A stretch of 63,135 nt of DNA, counting the filler, from Choristocarpus tenellus KU-1152 (Eukaryota; Protista; Phaeophyceae), in NCBI GenBank assembly GCA_964200185.2. It is 11 parts of 11 records of this genome, joined end to end, with 100 filler letters (N's around TTAATTAATTAA, not from the genome) between each part and the next. Parts side by side here need not be neighbours in the genome. Positions count along the whole stretch, not along the records: positions 1 to 2,976 come from CAXNAD020023225.1; positions 3,077 to 5,981 come from CAXNAD020023760.1; positions 6,082 to 13,009 come from CAXNAD020007040.1; positions 13,110 to 15,982 come from CAXNAD020024030.1; 7 more parts are not named here. One strand, 5' to 3'. The notes under the pieces were generated by a model that worked only from the letters and a program-made list of their open reading frames with translations, did no database searches and was not told the DNA's origin. Both the position numbers and the translations under genes were made by a program. Positions 1-13,946 of the stretch are shown here, piece by piece (the first letter of the stretch is position 1; the number at the start of each line of letters is the position of its first letter).

Positions 1-710
1 ATCTACAGCAGCCGTATGCCCACCCAGGACGGCGTAATGTAGAGGACTCCATCCAACCTGTGGTCGTGGTGACGGAAGTCAAGAAGAGTATGCACGAAGA
101 TTCTGAGGTTGAGACGAATATTTCTTTATCTCCAACCCTGAAAAATGTCGTAAATTTGATGGGAAAACACACCAATTACATTCTCCTTCACCTTGTTAGC
201 AATGTTAACACGAGCACCCCCTGCCATTAGTTCCTTGAGGCACTTCATATCCCCCCTTGCCGCGGCAAAGTGCAGCGAGCTGTGTCGAAGGAAGTCACGC
301 TCATCAGGGCTTGCCCCAGACCTCAACGCTGACTTCACATCCTCGACATTACCCGTAATGACTGCGTGGTGTAACACCACCCTGAATGGTGTCTCAGCAG
401 CTGGCCTGCGCGATGATCTCTTTTTCGAGCCGATTGGGGAGGGTGAGGTTGTTGCCAACTTCTCACCCAAGTGCGTGCGGTCCTCGATGGACAATCGGAC
501 AAGGGCAGATATTGTCCGACTGGATAGATCGTCGCGTGGTGTCATCTCTCGTGTGGGTGTAGTTCCGATTGTGGTAAAAGGCTTAGTGACAGGGGCACAC
601 GGCTTGACCCCAACCACATCTTCGGGCGAATCATCGTTGATGGAGGTTAGCCCATGGGAGCTCAGGCCTGGACGTTTCTCTGTCCGGGACTTTGTGGGAT
701 GCTGACACAT
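1..710 (-). CDS. Ankyrin-repeat protein, 5' portion (exons 710-192 and 57-<1; runs off window start)
   Basis: ATG at 710. Ankyrin motifs LHHAVITGNVEDVKSALRSGASPD and SLHFAAARGDMKCLKELMAGGARVN. The GT..CAG intron 191-58 joins NK to VGWSPLHYAVLGGHTAAVD, a third repeat in frame. Confidence 0.9.
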
Positions 711-2976
711 CCTTTCTCACGAATAAGCTAAGTGTGGCCCAGATCAGACCCGTCACGTGAGGAAATGTTACGAATACGCACCACCTAGAACTCAAGTCGA
801 CGGTGAAGGATAGTTGGTGTGTGTGACCAAAGTTGCTTGTTTGGTGAAGGACGTCTTTATGGTGTTCCAAAAGACACCAAAAATAATATGGAATAGTGAT
901 GCTCCACTATCCCAATTTCCAACGTCCACAAAACCTCCGCTTCATCCTTTTTGGCATGCATGAATCATTTCCATTTACAACGGTCAAACATTTCCTCTTT
1001 TTCTTTGTGCAACGGTAATGATAGCTAAAGTGATTATTGTTCATTTGTTTTCGAAAGAGGTTCATTATATTGGGGGATATTTTTCTGGTCAACGGTTCTG
1101 TCATGAAATATACTGGGAACCAAAAATCGAATTTTGTTCATTTCATATCTTCATATTTTCCCGCTTTTATTATTTTATTTTATCAAACTTCATACTTCAA
1201 CACCCTTACCATATCTCCAGTAACACTCTGAACCTTTCACGCCACATTGTCGGGTATGCACATACACATATACAATAGTGTATTTTATTATTATATCCTT
1301 GGACATTTTGTAGATGTGTTTTAGGGGAAAAACCAATGAAACCTATTCACGTGTCAGAAAAATCTCTACAAATGTAATAATAATATTATAATAATTGTAT
1401 GATATATATCCCAAATGAACTAATCTAACGATTATGTAGAGTATATACCACCCCTGACCCACTATACACCACCAACGAACCATTTAATATTCTTTCCAGT
1501 TGCCTCTTGGTAATCATTCCATGATTTTGTGGTTCTGTGTGATGAGGAAGGGTGTACATATAATATTTATCTAGAGAAAGAACACAGACGACTATTCAGG
1601 AAAAGACAAAAAATAGACATTCTGCAACTCAAAAATAGTCCAACAATTCAACAGTCAAATATATACATTCATACATATCCTTTAGTTTTTGGATGTCCAT
1701 GTCCAGGGACGGATGACGGATGAGTTAGGATATATTTATGATAGCTATAATTATTTTATTTTCACTATACTATAAACTATACTACTCTCAATATTTATAT
1801 TTAGATATATTGCGGTATGTATCTATCTACCTTCCATTATTTTTCAACATGGTCTAAACCATCATATTCCTTCTCACGTTAGTGTGTACTGTCGACAAGA
1901 ATCAAATTTTCCATATTTTTCGTTAATCCTTAATGCTTATTGCTTAGATTTGGTTTTTCGAGAATTATAGAGAATAATCTATAGTAGGAGTTGGAGTACG
2001 TATTACAATATAGATAGGAACATTTGGATATTTGAAGTTAGTTAGGATCTTGTATGTACTAATATCTAGGTGTAATCATCATTTTGGAATATTGTGACAA
2101 TAAAAGACATCATTCGAAGCGTGGTTCGATCAGAAAAAATATTGCTTTTATAGAGGTGACTATGATATTGAAATGCCTTTTCATTGAAATCTGGAAAATG
2201 TCAAGGCGCAAAATAAAATATACCATATTAGTATATATTCAAACTTCCATTATTAATCACTACAATATTTTGTGTGAAACCAAATTATTGAAATCGAACA
2301 AAATAGAACGGGGATCTCGTAAATGTGAGTGAGTACATTTCTAATTGACTGAAACTACACATACAAAATCTCCAATCATTCCAACACCTCATTACAATCC
2401 TCTCCCAATATATACCAGAGTAGTCAGACCAAAACAAATTGCCTGGGGTCCCCCTACCTTCCTATTGAAAAAACGAGTATGGAGCGAGAGGGTGAGGTAG
2501 GATACGGTTCCATTAAGGTTGAAGTTCAAGTATCGATGTTTTGGTTTTGGATATTATACTGTATGGATGGTGATTACTACATAACGACATACCTTCGTGG
2601 AAGAGTTTACCTTTATTGTTCAAGTAATTTCTAGGTTTACAGGGTTAAATACTTTTGAAATGAGGCTGAAGTTATGGTTAGACCATGTGATCAAGTGAAG
2701 ATATGTTGATTGCCGAACTTGTTGTCCAAGGGTCTTCATCCTCTTCTGTGTTGTTGACACAAGATCATTTAACTTGATTGTCTTCGGCAGTTAGTTATAG
2801 AACGTCCAGGTTGATTGTAATAAACGGGAAACGATGCTCCAGAAGTCTGGCATTCCACTCAAACAAGTTTTGTTTTAAACACGCCGTCTAGGGGGAGGTA
2901 CTACCTAGCATTGTTTACAGCCAGTATAGCAGTAATCCCTCCTATTAAATGATGGAGACCCAAAGTTTCTGGGGGG

Positions 2977-3076
2977 NNNNNNNNNNNNNNNNNNNNNNNN
3001 NNNNNNNNNNNNNNNNNNNNTTAATTAATTAANNNNNNNNNNNNNNNNNNNNNNNNNNNNNNNNNNNNNNNNNNNN
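2977..3076. other. Artificial contig spacer (44N-TTAATTAATTAA-44N), first of ten
   Basis: Identical 100-bp spacers at 2977, 5982, 13010, 15983, 20948, 31038, 34956, 39897, 54582 and 60494. The 12-mer gives stops in all six frames. Confidence 0.97.
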
Positions 3077-5648
3077 TGTTTACATGATTCTTGGTTTTAT
3101 TGTTCTTGGTCTGTCATTCATCACTCCTCTGTTCCGCATCAAGGGTTACGCCTCTATCTTTGGGGATGCTAAGGGCGAGCCGGACTCTGTTGCAGAGATC
3201 TGAGTTGTTGTGTAGTGCTTCTGCTAACTTGTTTTTCGGTATTGCTTAGGTAAATGTTTTTTGTACTGTGCAGTTAAGTTAGCAGAATAATTCTCATGTA
3301 GTGGCTTAAGGAGGATTTATACCGTTGCCATGATAAAGGCAAATTTATGGAGCACTAGGCTGTCCATCTTTCTGATAAGACTCGCAATTGTTTTTCTGCC
3401 AGAGGCATTGAGCGTTTCATGTATGGGGTTGTTTTCGTTGGTAATGATGAGTTGACATGTTTTGTACCATTATTTAATATATGTGTGTCAAGTCATATCC
3501 TCATCTATGTTTATTGTTCCTTGGAGGTTTTCGAGGTCAGGTATTTAGAGTATTTTTGAAGTGTTCGATATCTCAGTGTTGTGAGCAGTCAATATATTTG
3601 TTCGCTTTGTCCTAGTCTAAATTGAAAATCTCTACGTCGTCCTGTTATTTTATTTTAGTTTTGTGTAAGATATGGTGAAGTATTTTTGCAGGTCAAGCAA
3701 TGTGAGAAATCTTTTACAATCAAGAGCTTAAGTGAGACCTCAGCAAGTTCTGCACACCAAATGTGCACTGACTGCTGTATTTATCTTTTGCCATGATAAG
3801 CCATTTTGAAATGTACTTAATGGAATGTGTTCTGATGGATGTGTGATACGACCTTCAGGAGTGCTTTTGAGACACGAAGAAAATTTGCTACGCTTGAGAA
3901 GGAAATGTGATTGGGAGAAATATAGCAGTCATATTCGAAGTAGAAAAATCTCTTCAACAATAGAAGCAGCTGCCATAGTATCTAGCTAAAGCTGAGGTGT
4001 AGCACATGCCTTTATCCATACAGTGCCATATTGTGGCGATGGCAGTTGCACCACATATACCCAATTTCAATGCAGTGCACAAGTCTTGGGTGTTTGAACC
4101 CACTTGCCTTAAACACGGTACACAACATACTCTGACCCTTCTACTTCATACCGCCATATACAATCATCTTATCAACCTATCATTAAAGAATAGATGCAGG
4201 TGATCAGAAACAGGTAGACACCCTCTTTGTGCACACCTTGCCTCAACAAAACCCACAGTCCACATCCTATGCATTTTTTCCTTTTCTTTACAAGTCATCG
4301 TCAACCACGGTCCTTACATTACATACATTGAGTTCATATTAGTGGCCACTTCCATTGTATTTCACTTCATATCTCGTCCTCCATCCCCTACTGCAGTCCT
4401 CACATCACATCTTGAAGTTCCACCTATTGATCATCTCAACCGTGTAAAACTTCAATATTCCTCCCACATTCAAAACATGTCCACTATGCCATGGTCTTTC
4501 ACCTCCATTGGACTTCGTTGAAGGAATCAACACTATCTATTCCAGTCGCTTGTGCATTTCTAGCAACCCCCACTGAAGTCCCCACCACATAAGGCATTGA
4601 ATACAATAAACTTTCACACGTTCACCATTTTTGCATCAACATACGTACGTGTGCCCTCTGTACAATCTTCTTTTCCTCCATACAGCAATGTACCGAGTAA
4701 TACTCATCCCATTCCTTCTCTATCCCCACTTTAGGTGAAATCCACTGTAACTACTACCTCTTTTCTACACCTAGGCAAATAGACTACCACTTTTCACGTG
4801 AATAATCTGACCTCTTCTGTACAGCAATAGACTGAGAACGACTACATAATTTATGGTCTAATTTCTTTTGTACGGCTATAAGCATCAAGTACCAGTCAAT
4901 TCACACCACGACCTCGTTCCTACACCTGTACAGGTCTAATCCTACCCCTAATGCAATGCATATTTTTGCCGTGGGTGCGCACCAGTGCAAATCAACTGGC
5001 AATCACCTCATTCATACCTTTACTTATTTTCTAAACCTATTTGCATTATGTACAACTCAGCCCGTCCATCCCTTGACCTCTTCCCTACTCGTTTATATAT
5101 TTTATTACTGTTTATCTCATGTAAAACTTGCCTCTTCCATACAGCAATACACATTACTGGGTAACACTAATCTAATTAATGGGCTCACTTTTTGCGACAG
5201 CTACAAATTAGTACCAATCAGTCAACTCCACCATTTGTTCTTCTACTCCATATTTGCCAATACTGGATCGAGCATCACTCATATAGTAACATAGTGTAGG
5301 TATTGATACATAGTATAAGGGTTACGATTGACTCTCACGCCTATGAAACTCCTATTATTTGTACGTTCACCCCTCTGGTACCATTTAGTATTCTATTGAG
5401 CATTTCTCATACAGCAATACAAAGCAAGTACTCCCTCTGTTTGGGATGATTAAACACCTATGAGCTTGGAAGAGTGGTATACGACACCCTAGAATAATGA
5501 AGGCCTGCGAAGATAGAATATGTTTGTATACACTGTCATTAAGCTCTGTTTTAAATTTAGTGGGAAACGAATCCGTACATCCCAAGCTCTATGGTCTTCC
5601 TCTCAGCCTCCCGGAAAGCCATTTCCTTTGGCCACCAAAGACGCATCT

Positions 5649-5810
5649 GAGTGAAAGTATCTTAGAGGTACGAGATTTGCCCTGTTTGTCCATTTGGGAC
5701 TTGGCTTCCCACAGGTGTTTTATGACATTTTCCTACTCTGATATGTTTCAGAGTAGGTAAAATTTATATGTTATGAAAAGGTGTGTCCGGAGCAAGGATG
5801 TTAAGCTGTC
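5649..5810. mobile_element. Truncated MITE, family A
   Basis: Starts GAGTGAAAGTATCTTAGAGGTACGAGATTTGCCCTGTTTGTCCATTTGGGACTTGGCTTCCC, matching one end of the complete copies at 58260 and 58816. The other TIR is missing. Confidence 0.8.
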
Positions 5811-6495
5811 CTTGGCGATCTGTTGTCCCACACAACTAGTTATATTATTGTTTATTAACTTGTACCTCAGTTAAGAAGAGAGTGAGATACCTTCACTAGG
5901 TGGGGCTCACCAGTCCTTACACTTAATGACTCAGAATACCAAATGACTCAACGTATCTCTAGTACACGTCAGAAACACTCCNNNNNNNNNNNNNNNNNNN
6001 NNNNNNNNNNNNNNNNNNNNNNNNNTTAATTAATTAANNNNNNNNNNNNNNNNNNNNNNNNNNNNNNNNNNNNNNNNNNNNTTCCCTGTTTTGAGACAAA
6101 AGGGAACCCTGGGGTAAACCCCCCCCCCCCCCCAAGATACTTTGGGTCAGTAAAGAGAGCAAACAGTACAGACACACCGAAACTACGATAATGATGGTGC
6201 CACATATAATATATACTCTTGAGTACATAGTAGCAGTGTCCTCATCTTCGCACTACCCTTGACCAGTTCACCTGAATGTGTGCACATATGGCCGTTCGTC
6301 ATACCGCCCATAGTGTGCCTGGGCAGACCTTCCCCAAATGTTCTCCTGTGGAAGAACGATTGAGGTGTGGTGTGAAAGTATGTGTCAGGGTCTGAGCTAC
6401 GATGAAGGGTAAGTGTGACAGGACAGACTCTCAGTTATGGATTCTTGGTCCAGGGGCAAGTCCTCCGAGCTTGTACTCTAAATAAAGTTGGCACG

Positions 6496-6772
6496 GAGTC
6501 GAAGCATTTAAGAGGGTAGGAGTTTTGCCCTGTTTGTCCGTTCAGTAGTTGGCTTCCCACCTTTTTTTTTATGCCCTTTTTCGGGGGTTTTTCGGTTTTC
6601 TGTGCGAACACAAAACGTGTAGGACTAACCCTATAGGAGGTGCGCCTGGAGCAAGGATATTGACACTTGCTAACAAGCACGATAGCCAAAATTAATCAAA
6701 ATCGCAACATTGGATTTATGACCCCGAACGGACACGGTCCTACCCCCCTACCCTCTTAAATGGTTTGGACTC
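6496..6772. mobile_element. MITE, family A variant with both TIRs
   Basis: GAGTCGAAGCATTTAAGAGGGTAGG ... CCTACCCTCTTAAATGGTTTGGACTC. Internal TTTTGCCCTGTTTGTCC and ATCAAAATCGCAAC are shared with other copies. No clean TSD. Confidence 0.75.
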
Positions 6773-7865
6773 AAGGTTGATCACAATCATTGACACATGT
6801 GTACCTGCATATCTTCATCATAGAGGCTTACTTTCACAGGATTCAACGAACAGAATAGGAACTGGACTTGAACACCTTCTGTAACACCATTCTGAACAAA
6901 GGCACGGGTTGAATCCCCCGCACTCTATCCTAACCCTAACCCTAACCTAACCCTAACCCAATAGGAAAGGAGCACCGTTAGTTTCCACCTACTCCATGCC
7001 TACATAGGCTTCCCCATCCACCATGTTGCAGCCCAATGGCCCATAAGAAACTTAAACATGAAATCGTTTTTTCCAGGAGGGGTACATAGGGTGTGCCCTC
7101 CACGTGACAGCTCCAAGAGGACTATAAAACCCATATAGAATTACATGCTTCTGATACTCTTAGTAAAAATTAAATAATGATGGGGTTGAGTTTAGAATTT
7201 TTATATTGATAGAGACAAGAAGGTGCAAATGGTCCACAGCTTTGAATTAAATCGTTAAAAGGGTGTTTAGGAAGTGCACGGACGAGATTGTCCCACATAA
7301 ACACCCCCTTGAACCAATAAACTCTACTTGGAAGCAGTTATATCATTTCATGCTGTCAATTTCAACCGTGGAGGGAGGTTGACCTGGCGGATTCTCTCCT
7401 CTTCTGTGGCGGCCCTTAGTCAACCCTATGTTAAGAGTGCAGACCCACATTCGCCTCAATTTAGTGCCTTTTAGTCTCTTTTCAAACTCAGATGATATTA
7501 TAGGCATTGGTCCAGCCTATTCCTACCTTGATCTCCATCGCATAGCTCGCGCTGTTCTAATGACATGCTTTTTTCTATTCTGTAGATCTGTTGTTAGGTA
7601 CTGCTTTGTCACGGTCTAGTGGATAATGTCCTAACCCAGAAGTTAAGAGGGTGGTACTTGAAGCACTACAGGAGCACTGAGTGATTACTTGGAGTACAAC
7701 TACAAAAGTCCATTCCAAGCACTCATACATAAAGCAGTTTAGTGAAAACAGGAAAAATATTAAGCGCAGCGAAGCAATTTTTCAATCTGATGGGAATGCC
7801 CACCGCTGCTACTTGCCTGTCTCCAAGATGTTTGGTATCTTCTGTCAGGCAAAACCTATACACAC

Positions 7866-10800
7866 CTGGTCTGCCGCCACTGCCAACCTCTCCTCCTGTA
7901 TTGTGCGTGTCTTTGGAAAGCGACTGAATGCCCTATCCCCTTCTCCACCCCTCTCTTTGCAGTGGGTGAGTTCTTGTCTGGACTTCCCTCGAACAGCCAA
8001 GCTTGCCCCACCACCTCGTGGTTGTAGCCTGAATGAGGAATTGGGGGCAACAAGTGGCTGGCCATACCCCCGAAGGTCAAGTTCAAGGGTATCACGAACC
8101 TGCAAGGAAAAGTGGGATGAGAGAGTATAGCAAAGTCAAGAAAGGAAATGTACGGGCAGAGGTCAATGAAGGACCTGGGTGGGACTGTTAGTCTTGGGGT
8201 GCCAATTCGTTTTTACTGGTGGGTACTCTTCAGAAGAAGGTGATACTAAGCAGCACAATACTAATCACTGTGTTTTGTGGGATGTTGGCAGGCGTGTTTG
8301 GGATGTAAAGAATTGCAATGTTTCGATGAGTACAAGGATGTGACAGTCCAAAAATGATGCTAGTAGTCCCTAGTCTTTCTTGTGTAGGTCCATTGAGTAC
8401 AGAGTGCTGACAATTACATGTCATGTACCCTCTGCATCACTTCTGTCAGTAAGTGTTAGGGTTCAGGTTTTGTACTCTACATTCGAAGGGCTAGACTTGA
8501 GGGCTTGAGACAAGCTTGGAACTCGGTTTTTCTAATGGTAGAAGAACACAGCAGGTGAATTGCTGCCGAAATACACTCAGCCACTGGAACTGGTAGATGA
8601 CCATGGGTAGAGGAGAGTAAAATTCCACAGTTTCAAGGATTTTTTGAAGGGGTCTTCTTCCTCAAATCAAAAGTGCAAGAGAATGCTCATACATATGAGG
8701 TGCAGCGCTGCAAGAAGAGGTGTACCTTCTAGCAGGGAAAAACAAATTTACTACCAGGTACTTTCGCTGTGAGGATTGGTGCCAAGGAGAACCGGAGGGG
8801 TTAGGGCCAGGGTAAGGGTTAAATTGGTCACCAGGGTGCTACTATTTGTCTCTATTTGTTTGTTCATTTACACCGGCATACTGTACCATAGACCCACGAC
8901 TTTCCAAAGACCAGAATCATTTTTTCTTTAAATAATATTTTTATTGTATAAGGAAAAAAAGATGAGATGTCAGTGTCAAAAGAAACCATCTGGGGTATGT
9001 ACTGGTGAAGTATTAGTATTCTTCAATTTTCCAGGTTAATCTCTTATGGCACATTCTTCCGTGCAAATGGGAATAATATAATATAATGGGTATAATATAA
9101 TATATTGGATATAATATAATATAATGAGTATAATATAATATATTGGATATAATATAATATTTTGGATATATAGTATATTGGATATAATATAATATATTGG
9201 ATATAATTTAATATAATGGGCATAATATAAAATATTGGATAAAATTGTGGTCAGATTTGAGGGAATGCGTTCCATATGTACATTTTTCAATAGAAATTCC
9301 ATATCAAGATTTCCCTACCACAATAATAATAAAAAAAATAAAAAATGAAAGAACAATTTAACAAAAAGAATGCATCATCATGCCCCCCCCCATATGTTGA
9401 CTCACTAATCACATGTGCTCTGTTGTTTGTCCAAGAGTCCTGTACATGGCATTCGTCAATACATAATACCTACACCCTAACCCTAACCCTAACAATTTTT
9501 TGTTACTTCAATTAAAATAAAAAATGATACACTGTAACAGCATCTTTTCTATCTTCAATAAATGGGTGGGTTTATTTTTGAATATTTTTTGTTATTTTTT
9601 TAAAAAACTGGAAGAAGAAAAAACAAGTTAAGGAGATACGATCTTGCTTGAGGTACTGAGATATTTACTAACTGTAGCATTTTCCAACAATTGTCCCCCA
9701 GCCTTCTTGCTTGCTACCTTGGAATGCAGGCTAGCATCCCTCTCCTGGCCTAGTATCCGTTTCCCAATGAGGTGCCTGAAAGTGACGGCACTTTGTGCCC
9801 TGACCATCTTGCTCTTGGCCACTCCCCCCCCCTCCTCTACCTCCGCCAAAGCTGCTGTCTCCAGGTCACTGAAGTGATGCCTAATTAGGTTACATATGGG
9901 GTCATGCCCAGGTTAAAATAGTGATGACAATACTGAAATAATAACAAGAATACACCGGGGAGGTTGAGGAGTACAAGGCACAGCACGAAGAGCAACAGTT
10001 AAGCCAATGAAATAGTCAGCAAAGAAAAAACTGAGCCAGTAGGATGTACTCGCCAGGAACGTCTCCTGCATGGTCGATCTACCAGAACCGCTCATGAAAT
10101 GAAATATATATATATATACATACATATCGTTTTTTCCTTGAAATTACTTACATTGAAATTACTTACAGACTGAAAGTATGTTAGGGTTAGGGTACGAGTT
10201 TTGCCCTGTTTGTCCGTTTGGGGCTTGACTACCCACAGCTTTTTTTAATGATATTTTCCTACTCCAAAGTGTTTCGGAGTACGTAAAATGTATCAAACTA
10301 TGAAAAGGTGTTTCCGGAACAAGGATATTGACGCTTCCTAGCAAACACGATAGCCAAAATTACATCAAAATCGCAACGTTGGATTTTGGACCCCAAACGG
10401 ACGCGACTCTACCCTAACCCTAAGATAGTTTGAATCTTTATACTCCACTAACAGAAACCACTTGTTCATTCAAGCGTATGGATTGTTGTTTTTATGGCCA
10501 TGTAGGAAAGAGCATACAAACACCCTCTGAAGTTTTTGTAAACGTAACGTCTTCCAGAGTTAACACCACCCGTGACAGCATCATTGACAGGGGATAATCG
10601 CGATCTCATGGAACACTTATATATTTCCCTATTAGTATATCAACCCAAACTGTACAGCATATATATGCAGAATTCTCCCCCAAGTGCAAAAAAATTATGT
10701 ATACATTCACCAACATCGTCTCAGAGGAAGAAAAAAAAAAAGCTAGTTGTTCAAAGAAAGTAAAGTTCCATCCCTCATGAAAAGCACCATCGATACAGTG

Positions 10801-12794
10801 TGAGNNNNNNNNNNACAATAAAAATGAAGAATACCCCCCCAAGTGCAAAAAAATTATTTATAAATTCACCAACATCGTCTCAGAGAAAAAAAAAAAAAAA
10901 ACGCTAGTTGTTCAAAGAATGTTTTGTTCCTTCCCTCATGAATTGCACCATCGATACAGTTTCAGTTTCCCATAAAGAAAAAAAAATGTTTCCAACCGAA
11001 AATAGACACTCCACAGACGAGGAAGTAGACGTACAGGGTTGCTCAATTAACCCTAACCCTAAAAGACACTGTCCCTTCGTGCTCAAACTCTTCCGCCGCC
11101 TCCAACTCGAACCCCCCGACCCACGTCTTTCTTTTTATTGTGATGTGATACGGTAGGCTACTCTTTCTTTTTATTTTGCTTGTGTCCTTCCCGTACCTCC
11201 TCTCCAGATACTCCTCCAGAAGGCGATGCTTTTCCCCTATCATGAAACCACACGTAGGCGCCGTGGACGGCCTTGTGGCGATCCTTCCCCAATCGACACC
11301 AAGTTGAGAGACATCAGGAACAGCATTACCCTCAGCTTCTTGAACCCTGCCTACGAACACGTCATGTCTCTGATGCTGATTCTTATCCTTATCATTATCC
11401 TGATCCTGATCCTGATCCTCATCCTCATCCTCATCCTCATCCTCATCCTCATCCTCATCCTCATCCTCATCCTCATCCTCATCCTCATCCTCATCCTTAT
11501 CCTCATCCTCATCCTGAATTCCCAAGGGGTTCTTGTGCTCGTGACGCTGAGCCTCACTCATCAGTGTCCCACTGCCAACAGTGTCGCTGTTTGGGTCCTC
11601 TGCATTCAGTCCCACCTCAGGCCAAAATTGGTGATGTCGAATTGCTTCTTCCTTATTGCCTGGGTTTAGTACCATGCTGCCTTCTAACAATGCTTCGGAA
11701 TCCTCCTCCCAGGTGATGGTAGAGTTGACAGATTCCCTGGCCAGGTTGAAATCGCCGTGATTATTGTTGACTCCCTCTACTTCAACACCCCTTGCACCAC
11801 CCACACCCGCCTCCTTATTGTGAACACCACTGAACTCTGGGATGCACGAAAGTATCAAGTTAGCAGTTTTCTTATTGGGGATTGAGAGGGTTGAGGATCA
11901 GTTGTGCCTACAAGTACCCTTTAAAGTTACACGGCACAGCTAAAAAATAAAATAGAATTTACTATACAATAAGTAAACATCTGAATTGCTGGTTCTGCAG
12001 CGAGCAGTTGATGACACATGTTGGTCCACTTTGGCATCCCTGCAAGAGTTTGTTTGGTGAACTCCAATACAACCCTTACTTATCCCCCCAAGTAAAAAAT
12101 TTAGCTCTTCCGGCTCTTAAAACAGGAGCTGGTATTGCTGTTCATGTTGATGGCACTTGACCTGATAATAATGTGAAACCACTGGAATTAATGTCCGCCT
12201 TCATGTCTAGTATGCTCCTCCCATCATGGTCTTGAGTGAGTGTCTCAGGTCTCAGTTGATTGCATCCATCCGCCCTGGAACGTGGTCGTCTCCTAAATGC
12301 ATTAGGTAAGGGTTGTTTTTTCTCAGGTTGTAAGAGCAGGTAGTGCATTGGGGTTTGGGGTTTGGGGTTTTGAACTAGGCCATAATACACTAAAACACGG
12401 CTGTTGCCTCTTAAACTCTACATGCCTTTGTAGGTCACTTCATACTTTAAACATGCACTCTGTACGGTCTATGGTGACAGGGACTGAACCATCTTATTGT
12501 ACACACAGTGGAACATGGTGTTTTGATGAGTTTTTATAACAAGCAATGCAGAAGGCAGGGAGCAATTGGACAGATCCATTGGGCCGGTTGCTCCCTTGGA
12601 CTTGCAACCCAGTATGGAATGCAACACATGAGAAAAGATGTATGTTGTTCCACCTTGGGGCAAAACACAAAGATCGCACAACTGTCGCCGGGCTCGCCGG
12701 TCGGCCAAACAGGTCTGGAGACCTCCTCCCCCCCCTGCTGCCATGGGACTTGAGCGGCAGTGAAGACCACAGTTGTGATGGGTTTGTTCCATCC
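7866..12794 (-). CDS. Multi-exon gene of unknown function with a (DE)n tract, partial
   Basis: Phase-compatible exons 11836-11197, 9880-~9700 and 8099-7866 have AG/GT borders. Probable upstream exons lie near 12.2-12.35 kb and 12.65-12.8 kb. No recognisable domain; gene ends not determined. Confidence 0.5.
9070..9242. repeat. AT-rich minisatellite (TATAATATAATATATTGGA-like unit)
   Basis: Imperfect ~19-20 bp units repeated in tandem in an intron. Confidence 0.8.
10168..10436. mobile_element. MITE, family A variant with (TTAGGG)2 inside both TIRs
   Basis: GACTGAAAGTATGTTAGGGTTAGGGTACGAG ... CTCTACCCTAACCCTAAGATAGTTTGAATC. The interior is collinear with the 58816-59072 copy. Confidence 0.8.
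11377..11516. repeat. (ATCCTC)n hexamer microsatellite encoding poly-(DE) on the minus strand
   Basis: Visible directly. It explains the IL, HP and MR low-complexity shadow ORFs. Confidence 0.95.
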
Positions 12795-13946
12795 CTGATG
12801 TCAGAGACAGGTTTTGGTATCAAGATTTATTCCCAAAAGTATTGCATTAGGAACAAAATAGTTGTGAGATTGAGTGAAGGGTAACATTGTATACAAAAAA
12901 AGGTGATAATTGCCTGCACGAAAATGATAGCCTGCAAGTAGTGTACTGGTGTACTACTTCGAAGTATGGGTCAAAGTATCTGGGGGGGGGGGGGTGGTTT
13001 GTGAGGGGGNNNNNNNNNNNNNNNNNNNNNNNNNNNNNNNNNNNNNNNNNNNNTTAATTAATTAANNNNNNNNNNNNNNNNNNNNNNNNNNNNNNNNNNN
13101 NNNNNNNNNGTTTGGTGTTCTGGGGTTTGCTGCTCTGCCCTATCTGTTTGTGGCGTAGCTGTTTTTTTTTTTTTGAGGCATTGTGAACAGCCTAGCCTTC
13201 CCATTGCTCGTTGCTCCCTCCGCCTTCTGTGTCAATCGTCATGTACTATTATTAGCCTGCACACTGTGACACTGTGATGAAGCCTTAACACCACGATTTA
13301 GGTTTTCTGTGTGCATTTTTGTGGTTTATCGATAGAGATTTCATGGGAAAAAAAGTCTGACTTTGACGGGGTTTGAACCGGCACATTCCAGTGAAGGAGC
13401 CTCTGGTAGGTAGACTAGGTCGAAGCCACGGGGACGCTCTTCATCGCCTTAGTATATTATTGATTTTTTTTGTTCCTAAGGTTGAATAGGGATGGTTGCG
13501 CAGAGTTTTTTTTTATGTTGGTTACAAGAAATGTTTGGTTAACAAGAACTCTATTATATATGTTGGTGTTTGTCCCACACCGTTATAACTTAGAACAAAA
13601 TAGAGTTCTTGCACTTTCTTTGTGAAGTCGACATCCACTCAGCTCCAATTGTTCCGTATCAATCATAATTTTTTGAGATCCACCTGTCGGAATTTTCTTC
13701 GTTGGGTTCTTTCTTTTCTCTTTCTGATCCTAAATTATTACCTACTTGAACAAAATTCCTCGATGCCTTTACAGAGTGCTGGCTTGCATTTGAGGATAAT
13801 TTTCTCCTATCATCTGGCACACCTGGTTGAAGTTCCACCCCAGCCCATGGTCTTCTTTTATCATAACTGTACATTACAATCCTCCCCTCCCTCTCCCCCT
13901 CCCTGATGTCTCCATATTTCAACACCTTGACTCATTTGCCCTCCAG

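Noticed and set aside
193-705. 170-aa plus-strand ORF
   Set aside because: It is the antisense shadow of the ankyrin exon.
10676-10960. Imperfect ~130-bp duplication around a 10-N gap
   Set aside because: It could be a small tandem repeat or an allele artefact; it is intronic and has no further structure.
11226-11716. ORFs with (IL)n, (HP)n and (MR)n repeats
   Set aside because: They are alternative frames of one hexamer microsatellite; only the DE frame fits the splice phases.
13561-13924. Possible solo LTR (TGTTG...CAACA)
   Set aside because: No target-site duplication (ATATA vs CCTTG), no second copy and no PBS.
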